A stretch of DNA of 64,000 bases from Verrucomicrobiia bacterium (GCA_023953615.1 JAMLJH010000002.1:396592-460591); one strand, 5' to 3'; positions 26,849 to 34,735 are shown, counted from the stretch's first letter. Numbers and translations are program-made. Notes: generated from the sequence alone by a model not told the origin.

Positions 26849-28111
26849 GTGAAGATTCTCGTCGCCAACATTGGCAGCACCTCGCTGAAGTGGCGGTTGT
26901 TCGATTTCGCGAACACCGTGGCTGCGACATCCCGTCGCCGTGCGGGGGACGCGACGCTCCCGTCGCGTGGTTCTGGCGGCGAAGCGTCACTGCCGCGCCT
27001 GTTGCACAAAGGCGGCTTCGAGCGCGTGGCTGATTATTCGCAGGCAATCGAGGGTTGCTTGACGCAGCTCAAGGATGCCGGCGCGTTGGCCAGTGAAAGT
27101 GAACTCACGGCGGTAGGCTTCAAAACGGTGATTGCCAAGAACGTCACCGGTTGCGTGCGGCTCGATGAACGCGTGCTGGGCGCGATGGAGGCTTACAACG
27201 GTCTCGCTCCGGCGCATAATCCACCGTACATCACCGGCATCCGCCTGTTTGGAAAACGCGTGCCGGGGGTGCCGTTGGTGGGACTGTTCGAGACGGCGTT
27301 TTATCAATTCGCACCCGAGGCGATGATGCGTTACGCCGTGCCGCAAGCCTGGCTCGACATTGGCATTCGCCGTTGGGGATTTCACGGCGCGAGCCATAAA
27401 TACATTGCCGAACGATCGGCGGAATTGCTGGGCCGCGATGACGTCGCCGAACGCGTGCGCAACCTCTACGTCAACGGTGGCCAGACTCCGGTCAACGATC
27501 CGCCGTTGCGCGTGATTTCGTGTCACCTCGGCGGCAGTTCGAGCATCACCGGAATTTACAACGGCGTGGCGATCGGCACCAGCATGGGCATGAGTCCGCA
27601 ATCGGGTTTGCCGCAAAACAATCGGGTCGGCGATCTGGATGCGGAAGCGATTCCCTACGCGGTGAAAACGCTGGGACTCACCATCGAGGAAGCGCAGCGT
27701 CAACTGACCCGGGAATCTGGGTTAAAAGGTTTGAGCGGCGCCTCGAACGACATGCGCGATGTGGCGGCTGCGGCGGAGCAGGGGAAGGTGGAGGCGCGGC
27801 TGGCCGTGGAAGTGTTTGTGGCGAGCGCCCGACACTGGATGGGCGGCTACTTTTTCGAAATGGGCGGCGCGGACGCTTTGGTGTTCACTGGCGGCATTGG
27901 CGAGAACCGGGCGGAGATCCGTCGCGCCATCTGCGCGAACCTGACCGGATTGGGCATCGAACTGGATCCGGCTTTGAATAACGCACCCCCGGCGCACGAA
28001 GCCACGATCAGCACCGCCAATTCGCGGGTTAAAATCATGGTCGTGCCCACCAATGAAGAACTCGTGGTGGCCCGGGAAACCAAACGCTTATTGGAAACAG
28101 CAAGAAATTGA
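26849..28111 (+). CDS. ackA: Acetate (acyl-phosphate) kinase
   Basis: VKILVANIGSTSLKW, FHGASH and EELVVA motifs. The GTG start at 26849 was chosen by family N-terminus, although the ORF opens at 26735. Confidence 0.9.
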   Translation: MKILVANIGSTSLKWRLFDFANTVAATSRRRAGDATLPSRGSGGEASLPRLLHKGGFERVADYSQAIEGCLTQLKDAGALASESELTAVGFKTVIAKNVTGCVRLDERVLGAMEAYNGLAPAHNPPYITGIRLFGKRVPGVPLVGLFETAFYQFAPEAMMRYAVPQAWLDIGIRRWGFHGASHKYIAERSAELLGRDDVAERVRNLYVNGGQTPVNDPPLRVISCHLGGSSSITGIYNGVAIGTSMGMSPQSGLPQNNRVGDLDAEAIPYAVKTLGLTIEEAQRQLTRESGLKGLSGASNDMRDVAAAAEQGKVEARLAVEVFVASARHWMGGYFFEMGGADALVFTGGIGENRAEIRRAICANLTGLGIELDPALNNAPPAHEATISTANSRVKIMVVPTNEELVVARETKRLLETARN

Positions 28112-28144
28112 AATTCATACGTAATCAACAAACAAAATAAAACT

Positions 28145-28426
28145 ATGCCTCAAGCAATTGGATTAATTGAAACGCGCGGACTCGTGGCTCTCGTGGAGGG
28201 CACGGACGCGATGCTGAAAGCGGCCAACGTGGAACTCGTCGGCCCCATGACCCAGGTCGGCAACGCTTTGGTCACCGCGTGTGTGGTGGGCGACGTGGCC
28301 GCGGTCAAGGCGGCGACGGATGCCGGCGCGCAAGCCATCAAAGCCATCAAAGGCGAACTGGTCAGCGTGCATGTCATCGCCCGTCCGCACAACGACGTGG
28401 CGGCGGTGTTGCCGAAGAAGAAGTAA
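28145..28426 (+). CDS. BMC-H shell protein
   Basis: QAIGLIETRGLVALVEGTDAMLKAANV...VIARPH. Confidence 0.93.
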   Translation: MPQAIGLIETRGLVALVEGTDAMLKAANVELVGPMTQVGNALVTACVVGDVAAVKAATDAGAQAIKAIKGELVSVHVIARPHNDVAAVLPKKK

Positions 28427-28428
28427 GC

Positions 28429-28496
28429 GTGGCTGCGCTCGTGAGAGCGCGGCTGACTTGCATGTAAAATGCGGCGCTCTCACGAGTCGCCGCCAC
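28429..28496 (+). promoter_or_regulatory. Long intra-operon stem-loop after the third BMC-H gene
   Basis: 13-bp perfect core (28438-28450 with 28474-28486), extendable to ~22 bp with a few mismatches. It lies between the shell-gene stop and the BMC-P start. Confidence 0.65.
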
Positions 28497-28508
28497 AAAG
28501 GCAAAACT

Positions 28509-28820
28509 ATGTTCTTGGCCAAAGTCGAAGGCTCGGTGGTCGCCACCAAGAAAGACCGGAACATGTCGGGGCGCAAACTGTTGTTGCTTCGTCCGCAACT
28601 CGTGGATGAAAAAGACCCGACGAAATTTCGCCCCGGCGCGAACACCATCGTGGCCGTGGACGCGCTCGGCGCGGGGTTGGACGAGATGGTGATGTTCACG
28701 CAGGGCAGCAGCGCGCGGCTCGCGCCCGGCATGAAAGACGCCCCGGTGGATGCCGTCATCATCGGCATCGTGGACAGCGTGGACGTGCTGGGGAAACAGA
28801 TTTATAGCGGTAGAACGTGA
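28509..28820 (+). CDS. BMC-P pentameric vertex protein (EutN/CcmL family)
   Basis: MFLAKVEGSVVATKK...AVDALGAG...AVIIGIVDSV. Confidence 0.9.
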   Translation: MFLAKVEGSVVATKKDRNMSGRKLLLLRPQLVDEKDPTKFRPGANTIVAVDALGAGLDEMVMFTQGSSARLAPGMKDAPVDAVIIGIVDSVDVLGKQIYSGRT

Positions 28821-29239
28821 GTAAACAAAACAACAATCAAGTTGTAGGAAACATTGGTCTTTACTACGTGTGCTATCGCTTGTCTCAACGTGGTTGGAAT
28901 GTGATGCCAACTGCTAGAAACGCGCGAGGGATAGACGCGTTGATTTATAGCCAGGATGCAACACGGGTTAAAACTATCCAAGTTAAGGCGCTCTCTAGGA
29001 GAAGTCCGGTGCCTCTCGGTTCCAACCTGGACAATCTTTTCGGAGATTTCATCGTTGTTTGCCAGAGTGTAACGACGAAGAAGCCAGCCTGTTATGTTCT
29101 TACGCCAGAAGAAGTCAGGCGATTAGTGCATAAAGGAGAAAAGGACGGCAAAACCAGCTTTTGGTTGCAGCCAAAGCATTACGAAAAAACTGAGTTTCAT
29201 GAGAACTGGGACAGGATAGGTTCGGGATCCAATGCTTGA
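28817..29239 (+). CDS. PD-(D/E)xK-type nuclease-fold protein (putative)
   Basis: 140 aa with GNIGLYYVCYRLSQRGWNV...ARGIDALI...IQVKA, giving the D...(Q)xK motif order. It is AT-rich, and its GTG start overlaps the BMC-P stop (GTGA). Confidence 0.45.
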   Translation: MSKQNNNQVVGNIGLYYVCYRLSQRGWNVMPTARNARGIDALIYSQDATRVKTIQVKALSRRSPVPLGSNLDNLFGDFIVVCQSVTTKKPACYVLTPEEVRRLVHKGEKDGKTSFWLQPKHYEKTEFHENWDRIGSGSNA

Positions 29240-29248
29240 TCAAGTAAG

Positions 29249-29280
29249 TTTATGAGCACAGCGAGCGAGACTTTGAACCG
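29249..29280 (+). pseudogene. Orphan duplicated 5' end of the aldehyde dehydrogenase gene
   Basis: tttATGagcacagcgagcgagactttgaaccg matches 30091-30122 at 27 of 32 nt (MSTASETLNR versus MSTVNETLIR). Confidence 0.7.
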
Positions 29281-29356
29281 GAATGCTCCAAGCTTTGAAA
29301 GATATTTCAAAGGGGGGGGACAAATTGTCCCCCTCCTTTCTAAATTCCAATCTAAT

Positions 29357-29776
29357 TCAAATGTGCTTCGGTGGGGGGTGCCGTGCGCGGAGAATTTCTT
29401 CGTGACGGATGGCTTGGGCCACGTCGCGGTTCAAATTCAAAGCGGCAACGGTGGCGCGTCCAGTCGGACTGATGCCGACCACGCGGACGCCGTCCCAGCG
29501 GAAATGCAATCGCCAAGAATCACGGCGGGGACTGAACAATCTGACTTCATTCCCCGTTTTGGGATCAATGGCTTTCATTCGCGCTCCTTTGCGAAGCGAG
29601 CACGAAACACACGCCAGCGCCAGATTGTTCAGCGTCGTTGCGCCACCAGCATCCGTCGGGATGACGTGGTCAATATGAAAAGTCGCCTCTTGGGAAACCT
29701 GCGAAAGTCCGCAGTACTCGCAACGATTTCCGGCACGCTGGATGGCCTGACGCCGCAGTTGCGCCGGGATGGTCAT
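29357..29776 (-). CDS. HNH endonuclease
   Basis: CEYCG...HIDHVIP...GGATTLNNLALACVSCSLRK motif set. Confidence 0.85.
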   Translation of the reverse strand: MTIPAQLRRQAIQRAGNRCEYCGLSQVSQEATFHIDHVIPTDAGGATTLNNLALACVSCSLRKGARMKAIDPKTGNEVRLFSPRRDSWRLHFRWDGVRVVGISPTGRATVAALNLNRDVAQAIRHEEILRARHPPPKHI

Positions 29777-29780
29777 GTGA

Positions 29781-30005
29781 TCAGTGGCGTCCGTTGCTCA
29801 ATCGTTGCGAACGCAAACGCAACAGGGAAAGCAGGTCAGCCAATTCAACCAACCCCTCAGCCTCCCGCTTTTCGGCGAGTGTCAGGCGATTCCCTTGGTC
29901 TTGCTTGTCCAGCAACGCGTGCAGCCGTTTCTCCACGCCTTTTGGCAGGCGAAACTTTGCCAGATCGCCCGGCATCTCAACTATCAGTTCGATGGCTTGA
30001 GACAT
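29781..30005 (-). CDS. Small helical protein upstream of and co-oriented with the HNH gene
   Basis: 74-aa ORF ending 4 nt before the HNH start. Family not recognised. Confidence 0.5.
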   Translation of the reverse strand: MSQAIELIVEMPGDLAKFRLPKGVEKRLHALLDKQDQGNRLTLAEKREAEGLVELADLLSLLRLRSQRLSNGRH

Positions 30006-30093
30006 ATTTACTTTCCGTTTCTGAGGCCGAATTTAGCAGAAGTGGGTCGGGGTGTCCAAGCTCGGAATTCCCTTCGTTAAAAAGCAACTATTT

Positions 30094-31590
30094 ATGAGCA
30101 CAGTGAATGAAACTTTGATCCGCGACGTGGTGGCGGAAGTGTTGGGACGCATCGGCGGCGCGACTGCCTCCAGCACCACGACGGCGAATCCAGCTCCGGC
30201 CAAAAGTGAATCGCGTAATGTGCGTGCGCCGCAGGTGACCGTGCCGGCGTCGCGCGGAAAATTCGGTGTGTTTGCCACGGCGAACGAGGCGTGCGCGGCG
30301 GCTCAGGAAGCTTTTTTGTTGTTGCGAGAAAAGGGCGTGGCGGCGCGGCGCAAGATCGAGGGAATCGTCAAGACGTTGGCGGAGAAAAACGCCGAGGCTT
30401 GGGGCAAACTCGAGTTGGATGAAACGAAAATTGGTCGGCTCGATCACAAGATTGAGAAGCTCAAAATCATCCGGCTGGTGCCCGGTGTGGATTGGCTGCG
30501 ACCGGAAGCTTTGAGCGGCGATCACGGCATCACCCTGGAGGAATTCACGCCGTTTGGCGTGGTGGGCGCGATTACGCCAAGCACCCATTCCATTCCCACG
30601 TTGAGTGGCAACATTGTCAACATTGTCGCCGCCGGGAATGCGGTGGTGTTCAATCCGCATCCCAGCGCGGCGCGTTGCGCGGCGGCGGCGGTGCGAACTT
30701 ACAACGAAGCGATTTATCGCGAGACCGGCATCGAGAACATCGCGTGTCTGGTGGAGCAACCAACGCTGGAATCCTTCGACGCGCTTTGCAAAAACGAGTA
30801 CACGAAATTGCTGCTGGTTACTGGCGGTCCGGGTGTGGTGAAAGCGGCGATGCAAACCGGCAAGCGCGCCATTTGTGCCGGACCGGGGAATCCGCCGGTG
30901 CTCGTGGATGACACCTGCTGCGCGACTCGCGCGGCGAAAGCGATCATTGCCGGGGCCGCCTTTGACAACAACCTCCTCTGCATTGGCGAGAAGGAGGTTT
31001 TCGTTTTGGACAGCGTGGCGAACAAGTTGATGCAGCGCCTGGCCGAGAACGGCGCGGTGAAGTTGAGCGACGCGCAATTGGAAAAACTGACGCAGGCGGC
31101 GTTCACCTTCAAGCCGGGGCAGGGCGGCGGTTGTTCTCACGCCAGCGTGAACAAGGAATTCATTGGCAAGAATCCTGAAGTGCTGGCTCAAGCGGCCGGA
31201 CTGAATCTGCCGATGGGCACCCAGTTGTTGTTCGCCGAAACGTCCGCCGACCATCCCTTCGTGCAGGAGGAACAGATGATGCCGTTTCTGCCGATTGTGC
31301 GGGTGAAGAGCGTGCGCGAAGGCATCCAACTGGCCGTGCAGGCCGAGCACGGTTATCGCCATACCAGCGTGATTCATTCGCATGACGTGGAGCACATGAC
31401 CGCGATGGCGCGGGCGTTGGACACCACGTTGTTTGTAAAGAACGGTCCTTCACCCGCAGGCCTGGGCCTGGGTGGCGAAGGTTATTTGAGTTACTCCATC
31501 GCCACCCCAACTGGTGAAGGCGTGACCAATCCGCGCACCTTCACGCGCGTCCGGCGATGTGTGATGGTGGACAATCTGAGAATTTATTAA
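30094..31590 (+). CDS. CoA-acylating aldehyde dehydrogenase (PduP/EutE-like)
   Basis: ALDH fold with the catalytic Cys context (NNLLCIGEKE), an N-terminal amphipathic helix (TLIRDVVAEVLGRIGG) and an Ala/Thr/Pro linker resembling an encapsulation peptide. Confidence 0.88.
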   Translation: MSTVNETLIRDVVAEVLGRIGGATASSTTTANPAPAKSESRNVRAPQVTVPASRGKFGVFATANEACAAAQEAFLLLREKGVAARRKIEGIVKTLAEKNAEAWGKLELDETKIGRLDHKIEKLKIIRLVPGVDWLRPEALSGDHGITLEEFTPFGVVGAITPSTHSIPTLSGNIVNIVAAGNAVVFNPHPSAARCAAAAVRTYNEAIYRETGIENIACLVEQPTLESFDALCKNEYTKLLLVTGGPGVVKAAMQTGKRAICAGPGNPPVLVDDTCCATRAAKAIIAGAAFDNNLLCIGEKEVFVLDSVANKLMQRLAENGAVKLSDAQLEKLTQAAFTFKPGQGGGCSHASVNKEFIGKNPEVLAQAAGLNLPMGTQLLFAETSADHPFVQEEQMMPFLPIVRVKSVREGIQLAVQAEHGYRHTSVIHSHDVEHMTAMARALDTTLFVKNGPSPAGLGLGGEGYLSYSIATPTGEGVTNPRTFTRVRRCVMVDNLRIY

Positions 31591-31759
31591 CCACGGATGG
31601 ACACAGATGAACACGGATTAGTACGGGACGCTGGCTTTGGCCCGCTTCAGTGTTCGCGCGTCAACGGCGTTCGAAAATTGAAGCGACCTGAAGGCCGCGC
31701 TCCTGAGCGTTCCGGTTTCATCCGTGTTTATCCGTGTTTATCCGTGTTTATCCGTGGTT
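31589..31759. repeat. MITE-like element with ~30-bp terminal inverted repeats built from 10-nt subrepeats
   Basis: The left arm 31589-31618 matches the reverse complement of 31730-31759 at 26 of 30 nt. The right arm holds about four tandem tccgtgttta units. It fills the gap from the ALDH stop to 8 nt before the next start. Confidence 0.7.
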
Positions 31760-31766
31760 TGATTTT

Positions 31767-32045
31767 ATGTTATTGGCGCGCGTCGAAGGCAACATCGTGG
31801 CGACCCGGAAACATCCGAGTCTCAACGGTTGGCGGCTGGTGATTTGTCAACCGGTCAATGCCGACGGTCAGAACGCAGGCACGCCGCAGGTGGCGATTGA
31901 TGCGTTGGGCGCCGGGATGCATCAGCAGGTGGTGATTTCGTCCGACGGTTCGGCGGCTCGTCGCGCCGTGGGCGATGCGCAAAGCCCCGTGCGTTGGTTG
32001 ATCGTTGGAATTGTGGACGAGCGTGAACCGGGAGTGCGCGTATGA
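31767..32045 (+). CDS. BMC-P vertex protein (EutN/CcmL family)
   Basis: MLLARVEGNIVATRKH...AIDALGAG...LIVGIVDE. Confidence 0.88.
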   Translation: MLLARVEGNIVATRKHPSLNGWRLVICQPVNADGQNAGTPQVAIDALGAGMHQQVVISSDGSAARRAVGDAQSPVRWLIVGIVDEREPGVRV

Positions 32046-32347
32046 AACTGGGCACGGTCATCGGTCGCGTTACGTTGAGCAAGACGATCAAGTCATTTGA
32101 AGGCGGGCGGTTCTTGATCGTAAGCCCGTTTTCCCGCGAACAATACGCCGCTGGATTGGCGGCCCCGCCGACGCTGGGCAAAGACCCGAGTCTGGTGGTG
32201 TATGACGCCATCGGCGGTGGCGTGGGGCAGGTGATTGGTTATGTGGAAGGGCGCGAAGCGGCGCAGCCGTTTGTCGTGCCGACGCCAGTGGATGCGATCA
32301 ATGCCGCGCTCGTGGACGACATGTTTTATCGCCCGTGGTCAGGGTGA
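32042..32347 (+). CDS. BMC-P vertex protein (EutN/CcmL family), divergent
   Basis: MKLGTVIGRVTLSK...VVYDAIGGGVGQ...AINAALVD. It overlaps the previous gene by 4 nt. Confidence 0.8.
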   Translation: MKLGTVIGRVTLSKTIKSFEGGRFLIVSPFSREQYAAGLAAPPTLGKDPSLVVYDAIGGGVGQVIGYVEGREAAQPFVVPTPVDAINAALVDDMFYRPWSG

Positions 32348-32372
32348 TCGGGGTTGGAAGGACTTTTAAGTT

Positions 32373-33431
32373 ATGAAAAATGTCATCAGTTTGAAGGATG
32401 TGGAACGGATGCAACGCGAGGGTCGCAGCCTGAGTAGTTTGCCGGCCGACGCCATTTTAACGCCTTCGGCGCGCGATTTTCTGAACGACCTTCGCTCGGT
32501 CGTGCCTCAGCCCTCCACTCTAGTCAAGTCCGCCGGCGTCGCCGCGGCCAAACCGCTGCCACCGCGTCAACCGATCAATTCCAAGTCGTCGCCCGCCGAG
32601 CTGGAGACGTTTTTCAATTCACCCTACGCGCACAGTCTCAAGGAGCAGATTTGCCAGATGGGGCAGCGCTTGTGGCAGCGCGCTTATGTGGACGGTAACG
32701 GCGGGAACATGGCGATTCGCGTGGGAGAGGACGTGGCAATTTGCACGCCGACGCTGGTGAGCAAAGGCGCGTTGAAGCCGGAAGACATGTGCCTCGTGGA
32801 TTTTGAGGGCCATCAATTGCTCGGCATGAAAAAGCGCACGAGCGAAATTCTCATGCACTTGCAGATGATGAAACGGCAGCCCAAGGCAATCGCCACCTGC
32901 CATTGTCATCCGCCCTACGCGACCGCCTTTGCGGTGGCGAACGTCGCGCCGCCCACCTGCATGTTGCCCGAGTTTGAAGTGTTTTGCTCGGTCGGCGTCG
33001 CGCCCTATCGCACGCCGGGCACCTCGGACATGGGCAAGCTGGTGGCGGATTTGACGGATCAATACAACACGATTTTGATGGCGAATCACGGCGTGGTGAC
33101 CTGGTCGCACAACAATCTCGAAGAAGCCTACTGGCGCATGGAGATTGTGGAAGCGTATTGCCGCACGATTGTGGTGGCCGGGCAATTGGGCCATCCGATC
33201 AACACCTTCACCGGACCGCAAATGAAGGATTTGTTGAACATCAAGGAGAAGCTGGGTTTCGTGGACCCGCGGTTCGAGATGAAGGAATGTGAGTTGTGCG
33301 ACAGTGGCGAATGGCGTCCGGGCGTGACGTGCGCCGTGCCGCGCCCCGAGGCGGCGGGCGCGGGCTTTGATCCGGAAGCGGAAAAGGCGGTGCAGGCCAT
33401 CACGGACCAAATTCTCAAGCAGATGAAATGA
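32373..33431 (+). CDS. Class II aldolase/adducin-family protein (fuculose/rhamnulose-1-phosphate aldolase-like) with terminal extensions
   Basis: The core has GNGGNMAIRV, HCHPPYATAF and MANHGVVTW. It also has a ~90-aa N-terminal extension with a Pro/Ser linker and a C-terminal amphipathic helix (EKAVQAITDQILKQM). Confidence 0.85.
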   Translation: MKNVISLKDVERMQREGRSLSSLPADAILTPSARDFLNDLRSVVPQPSTLVKSAGVAAAKPLPPRQPINSKSSPAELETFFNSPYAHSLKEQICQMGQRLWQRAYVDGNGGNMAIRVGEDVAICTPTLVSKGALKPEDMCLVDFEGHQLLGMKKRTSEILMHLQMMKRQPKAIATCHCHPPYATAFAVANVAPPTCMLPEFEVFCSVGVAPYRTPGTSDMGKLVADLTDQYNTILMANHGVVTWSHNNLEEAYWRMEIVEAYCRTIVVAGQLGHPINTFTGPQMKDLLNIKEKLGFVDPRFEMKECELCDSGEWRPGVTCAVPRPEAAGAGFDPEAEKAVQAITDQILKQMK

Positions 33432-33784
33432 GCAGTTGGGTTTTGCAATTAAGTGCCAGTGTGGGGCGGGCGACTTGGGGGTTGCTGGCCTTGTTACTGG
33501 CAGTTTCCGGTTGCGGATCACTCGTGGCTCGTTCAGAACGCAAAGCCAATCCGGATGGTGATTTTTCCAAAGTATATGGTGGTGTGCAGTATGACTGGCA
33601 ATTTATAGCGCATCCGATCGCCAACAGCCGCGCATTGGGTGCTCCCGCAGCGATGGGGTTTTTAGGAACGATTGAAGGGCTGGTTGATTTGGGGCCATCG
33701 TTGGTTCTGGATACGCTGCTGTTGCCTTTTGACCTGACGTGGAAACCGACGCCGTTGCCAACCGAAGAGGCGTCATCGCACTAA
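33428..33784 (+). CDS. YceK/YidQ-like small lipoprotein
   Basis: Lipobox LLAVSGC and a YGGVQYDW motif. It overlaps the aldolase stop by 4 nt. Confidence 0.5.
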   Translation: MSSWVLQLSASVGRATWGLLALLLAVSGCGSLVARSERKANPDGDFSKVYGGVQYDWQFIAHPIANSRALGAPAAMGFLGTIEGLVDLGPSLVLDTLLLPFDLTWKPTPLPTEEASSH

Positions 33785-33806
33785 TCAGTTGGCTTGTGGT
33801 TTTACA

Positions 33807-33910
33807 ATGAAATCCCTCGATCAAAAACTGGCTGAAATTAAAGCGAATCCCGCTTCGCGCGCGTTCATTCTGGCCGACGCCAAAGACGCCGACATGGCGT
33901 ATGGCGTGCG
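33807..33910 (+). pseudogene. Orphan duplicated 5' end (~104 nt) of the gene at 34732
   Basis: Near-identical to 34732-34838 (MKSLDQKLAEIKANPASRAFILADAKDADMAYGVR versus MTKSLDQKLAEIKANPNSRAFILADAKDADMAYGVR). Homology stops abruptly after ggcgtgcg. Confidence 0.85.
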
Positions 33911-33990
33911 GGTGATTAAGGAGCAGATTTCCAGTCAAACGAAGTATAACGTGCCCTTCAGTTTTTTGACAGGCATGGTATCGTTGTCAC

Positions 33991-34251
33991 GTGAATGCTG
34001 TAACCATTGAAATTCCCGAGGGCTTCAAGAAGAGCTTTGGCGAGACGGACGAGGAAATCCGCCGCAACGCCAAACTCGAACTCGCCATCGTGATGTATCG
34101 CGAGGGCAAGTGGTCCACGGGCAAGGCTGGGAAATTCTGTGGAATGACGCGCATCGCATTCATGGACTTGCTGCGAGATCGCAAAGTTCCGATGCCGTAC
34201 ACAAGAGAGATGTTGGAGCAAGACCTGGCTTATGCCCGCAGTTGTAGCTGA
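33991..34251 (+). CDS. UPF0175-family antitoxin-like protein
   Basis: 86 aa with ...LELAIVMYREGKWSTGKAGKFCGMTRIAFMDLL, the family-typical HTH-like C-terminus. It is paired with a DUF3368 gene. Confidence 0.7.
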   Translation: MNAVTIEIPEGFKKSFGETDEEIRRNAKLELAIVMYREGKWSTGKAGKFCGMTRIAFMDLLRDRKVPMPYTREMLEQDLAYARSCS

Positions 34252-34735
34252 CTCATCTCCGATTGTTTATCTGGCGCGGATTAACCGGCTTGAACTGCTC
34301 CGGCGGCTTTATTCGGAGGTGTTTATTCCGGCGGCCGTGTGGCGTGAAGTGGCGGTCGAAGGTGCGGAGCTTATCGAAGGCCGGTCACTCCGGGCTGCTG
34401 CGACCGCGGGCTGGATTCGGGTGGATAATTCCACAGCGGCGTCCGCGCACCAAAATCCGCTGCTTACGCAACTGGACGATGGCGAGCGGGAAGCCATTGC
34501 GCTGGCGATCAGGCTGGAGGCGCTGCTTATTATTGACGAAGCGGAAGGCCGGGCGGTGGCTCTGAAGCTTAGCGTTAAATTGACCGGAACCTTGGGGGTT
34601 CTTGTTCAGGCCATCCGGCGGGGATTCCTGCCGCGCCTCAAGCCTGAGCTTGACCGCTTGATGGGCGAAACAAATTTCCGTTGCACGGATGAACTGATTG
34701 CGACGGCACTGAAGGATGTTGACGAGAAACCATGA
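34232..34735 (+). CDS. DUF3368-type PIN-like nuclease (toxin-like partner)
   Basis: The VVADSSPIVYLARINRLELLRRLY..VFIPAAVWREV N-terminus is typical of DUF3368. Its stop overlaps the ATG of the downstream gene (ATGA). Confidence 0.7.
   Translation: MPAVVADSSPIVYLARINRLELLRRLYSEVFIPAAVWREVAVEGAELIEGRSLRAAATAGWIRVDNSTAASAHQNPLLTQLDDGEREAIALAIRLEALLIIDEAEGRAVALKLSVKLTGTLGVLVQAIRRGFLPRLKPELDRLMGETNFRCTDELIATALKDVDEKP

Noticed and set aside
29252-30097. 281-aa plus-strand ORF spanning the HNH cassette.
   Set aside because: Only its first ~10 codons are meaningful (the duplicated ALDH start). The rest is antisense to the well-supported HNH gene and its partner and has no recognisable features.
31717-31759. 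Tandem 10-nt repeats (tccgtgttta, about 4 copies), considered as a possible CRISPR or VNTR.
   Set aside because: The units are contiguous with no spacers and form one arm of an inverted-repeat element. There are no cas genes, so this is not a CRISPR array.
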